Below are positions 62,563-64,000 of a stretch of 64,000 bases of DNA, piece after piece. Position 1 is the first letter of the stretch, and each line of letters starts with the position of its first letter. The stretch is taken from NCBI GenBank assembly GCA_964550025.1, contig CAZJYI010000022.1, positions 18,249-82,248 of the forward strand. The letters are read 5' to 3'. Below the pieces are notes generated by a model that searched no databases, was not told the origin of the DNA, and saw nothing but the letters and a program-made list of their open reading frames with translations. Both the position numbers and the translations under genes were made by a program. The DNA is from an uncultured Victivallales bacterium (GTDB taxonomy: Bacteria; Verrucomicrobiota; Kiritimatiellia; UBA8416; CAYOBW01).

Positions 62563-64000
62563 ATGCACTTTGCCCCGACGTTCGAATCGCTGCTGCAGTA
62601 CGAGTGCCCTGCCTGGTTCCGGGACGCGAAGTTCGGCATCTGGAGTCATTGGGGGCCTCAGAGCGTGCCGATGTACGGGGATTGGTATGCCCGGCACATG
62701 TACATCCAGGACCACCCCCAGTACCTCTACCATGTTCGCCACTACGGCCATCCCTCCAAGTTCGGCTTCAAGGACATCTGCGCCCTGTGGAAGGCCGAGA
62801 ACTTCGACCCCGACGGGTTGATGGCACTGTACCGCAAGGCCGGCGCCCGCTACTTCGTGGGGCAGGCGACGCACCACGACCACTTTTTCAACTACGCATC
62901 GAAGCTCAACCGCTTCAACTCCGTGCAAATGGGGCCGATGAAGGACATCAGCGGGCTCTGGAAAGCGGCCGCGGAGAAGGAAGGCATGCACTTCGGACTG
63001 ACCGAACATCTGGGCGCCACGTTCTCCTGGTGGCGTACGAACAAGTGGTGCGACAGCCACGGTCCCTATGCCGGTGTGCCGTACGACGGCAACGACCCCG
63101 AGTACCGTGACTTCTATCTCGACAACTACGAGCACGTGCAGGAGGGCGAAGACCGATCGCAAACCCAGGCCCGTCCCTGGTATACCCGGAACGCCGCGTT
63201 CCGCAACTACTGGCTGGAAGTGGCAAAGGAGATTGTGGACCTCTACGAACCGGATCTCCTCTACTCCGACGGCGCCCTCCCCTTCGGGCTCATCAACGAG
63301 TCGGAACAAGGCACGGCGGACTTCTCGCACGGTCTGCAGGCCGTCGCCCACCTCTACAACACGTCGCTCCGCAAGCACGGCGAGAACCGCGCCGTCTACA
63401 ATCAGAAGGACCGCCGCCCGGAGATCTATCGCGTCGGCGTGCTCGACATCGAGAAGAGTCAGCTCCCCGGCATCAACCCCGAGCCCTGGCAGACGGACAC
63501 CTGCATCGGCAACTGGTTCTACGATGTGCGGCAGGTGGTCAAGAAACCGGCCCACGTCATCGAGATGCTGATCGACATCGTCTCCAAGAATGGCTGCATG
63601 CTGCTCAACATCCTGCAAAAGCCGGACGGGACGATCGACGAGGAGTCGCAGTATCTGCTCCAGGAACTGGCCGGCTGGTTCGCCGTCTGCGGCGAGGCCA
63701 TCCACGAGACGCGTCCCTGGCGGGACTACGCCGAGGGAGACACGCACGCCATTATCAAGGGCTTCACGGAAGAGAAGACCGCGTGGAACAGCTCGGACTT
63801 CCGCTTCACAAGGAAGGGCAACACGCTCTACGCGTTCATGCTCCGTGCGCCCGAGAACGGGATTGCCGTGCTCAAGAGCCTGACCGAGGCCGACAAGGTC
63901 GGCGCGGTGAAGGTGCTCGGAGCCGGAGAATGCGCGTTCAACCAGGCCTTCGGAGTGCTGAGCGTCAAACTCCCGGACGAGCTTCCGACGAAGTACACCA
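62563..64000 (+). CDS. alpha-L-fucosidase, GH29 family (3' end cut by window edge; missing from the ORF track)
   Basis: My own translation from ATG 62563 (after AGAGGAG) is open to base 64000. It reads MHFAPTFESLLQYECPAWFRDAKFGIWSHWGPQSVPMYGDWY…ARYFVGQATHHDHFFNY…DIVSKNGCMLLNILQKPDGTID…AIHETRPW. The track shows only a 440-aa antisense ORF here. Confidence 0.85.
   Translation, partial: MHFAPTFESLLQYECPAWFRDAKFGIWSHWGPQSVPMYGDWYARHMYIQDHPQYLYHVRHYGHPSKFGFKDICALWKAENFDPDGLMALYRKAGARYFVGQATHHDHFFNYASKLNRFNSVQMGPMKDISGLWKAAAEKEGMHFGLTEHLGATFSWWRTNKWCDSHGPYAGVPYDGNDPEYRDFYLDNYEHVQEGEDRSQTQARPWYTRNAAFRNYWLEVAKEIVDLYEPDLLYSDGALPFGLINESEQGTADFSHGLQAVAHLYNTSLRKHGENRAVYNQKDRRPEIYRVGVLDIEKSQLPGINPEPWQTDTCIGNWFYDVRQVVKKPAHVIEMLIDIVSKNGCMLLNILQKPDGTIDEESQYLLQELAGWFAVCGEAIHETRPWRDYAEGDTHAIIKGFTEEKTAWNSSDFRFTRKGNTLYAFMLRAPENGIAVLKSLTEADKVGAVKVLGAGECAFNQAFGVLSVKLPDELPTKYT

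Noticed and set aside
62425-63747. 440-aa minus-strand ORF, the only large ORF listed for the right end of the window
   Set aside because: It is antisense to an open-ended GH29 fucosidase reading frame (62563-64000, plus strand) that has strong family motifs. Its own translation is featureless.

Overview
GC-rich bacterial chromosomal segment. The gene content (many exported sulfatases, fucosidases, beta-helix and beta-propeller proteins, with long signal peptides and lipoboxes) resembles PVC-superphylum genomes, but the lineage cannot be proven from this window.

The window is dominated by a very large glycan-degradation locus:
- Four GH29 alpha-L-fucosidase domains. Two are cut by the window edges, and the right-hand one is absent from the supplied ORF track.
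- One GH95 fucosidase, a GH106-like domain and a GH110-like beta-helix enzyme.
- Three further beta-helix proteins and two tandem five-bladed-propeller glycosidase-like paralogs.
- A DUF1080 protein and a DUF5060/GH5-like protein.
- Six S1 sulfatase domains, several fused to other catalytic domains.
- LacI-type and AraC/XylR-type regulators.

Seventeen of these genes (12159-53700, minus strand) form one co-directional, translationally coupled array.

The most interesting signal is a family of five large (1037-1139 aa) exported paralogs interleaved with the sulfatases and fucosidases. Each combines a class-I methyltransferase-like Rossmann domain with two PQQ/BamB-like beta-propellers and a conserved His/Cys cluster. 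The SAM motif is mostly degenerate, and one member is domain-permuted. I cannot assign a function to this family from sequence alone.

Other features:
- A two-gene ABC-type ATPase + DUF4276 (PARIS/AbiL/OLD-like) candidate defence module. It appears to have been inserted into, and to have truncated, an FG-GAP repeat gene.
- A vapBC-type toxin-antitoxin pair.
- A uroporphyrinogen-decarboxylase-family gene.
- A set of GTAG-headed palindromic intergenic elements (REP/REPIN-like) that show compensatory stem changes.

No rRNA, tRNA or CRISPR array was seen. Many long ORFs in the track are antisense artefacts of the high GC content.
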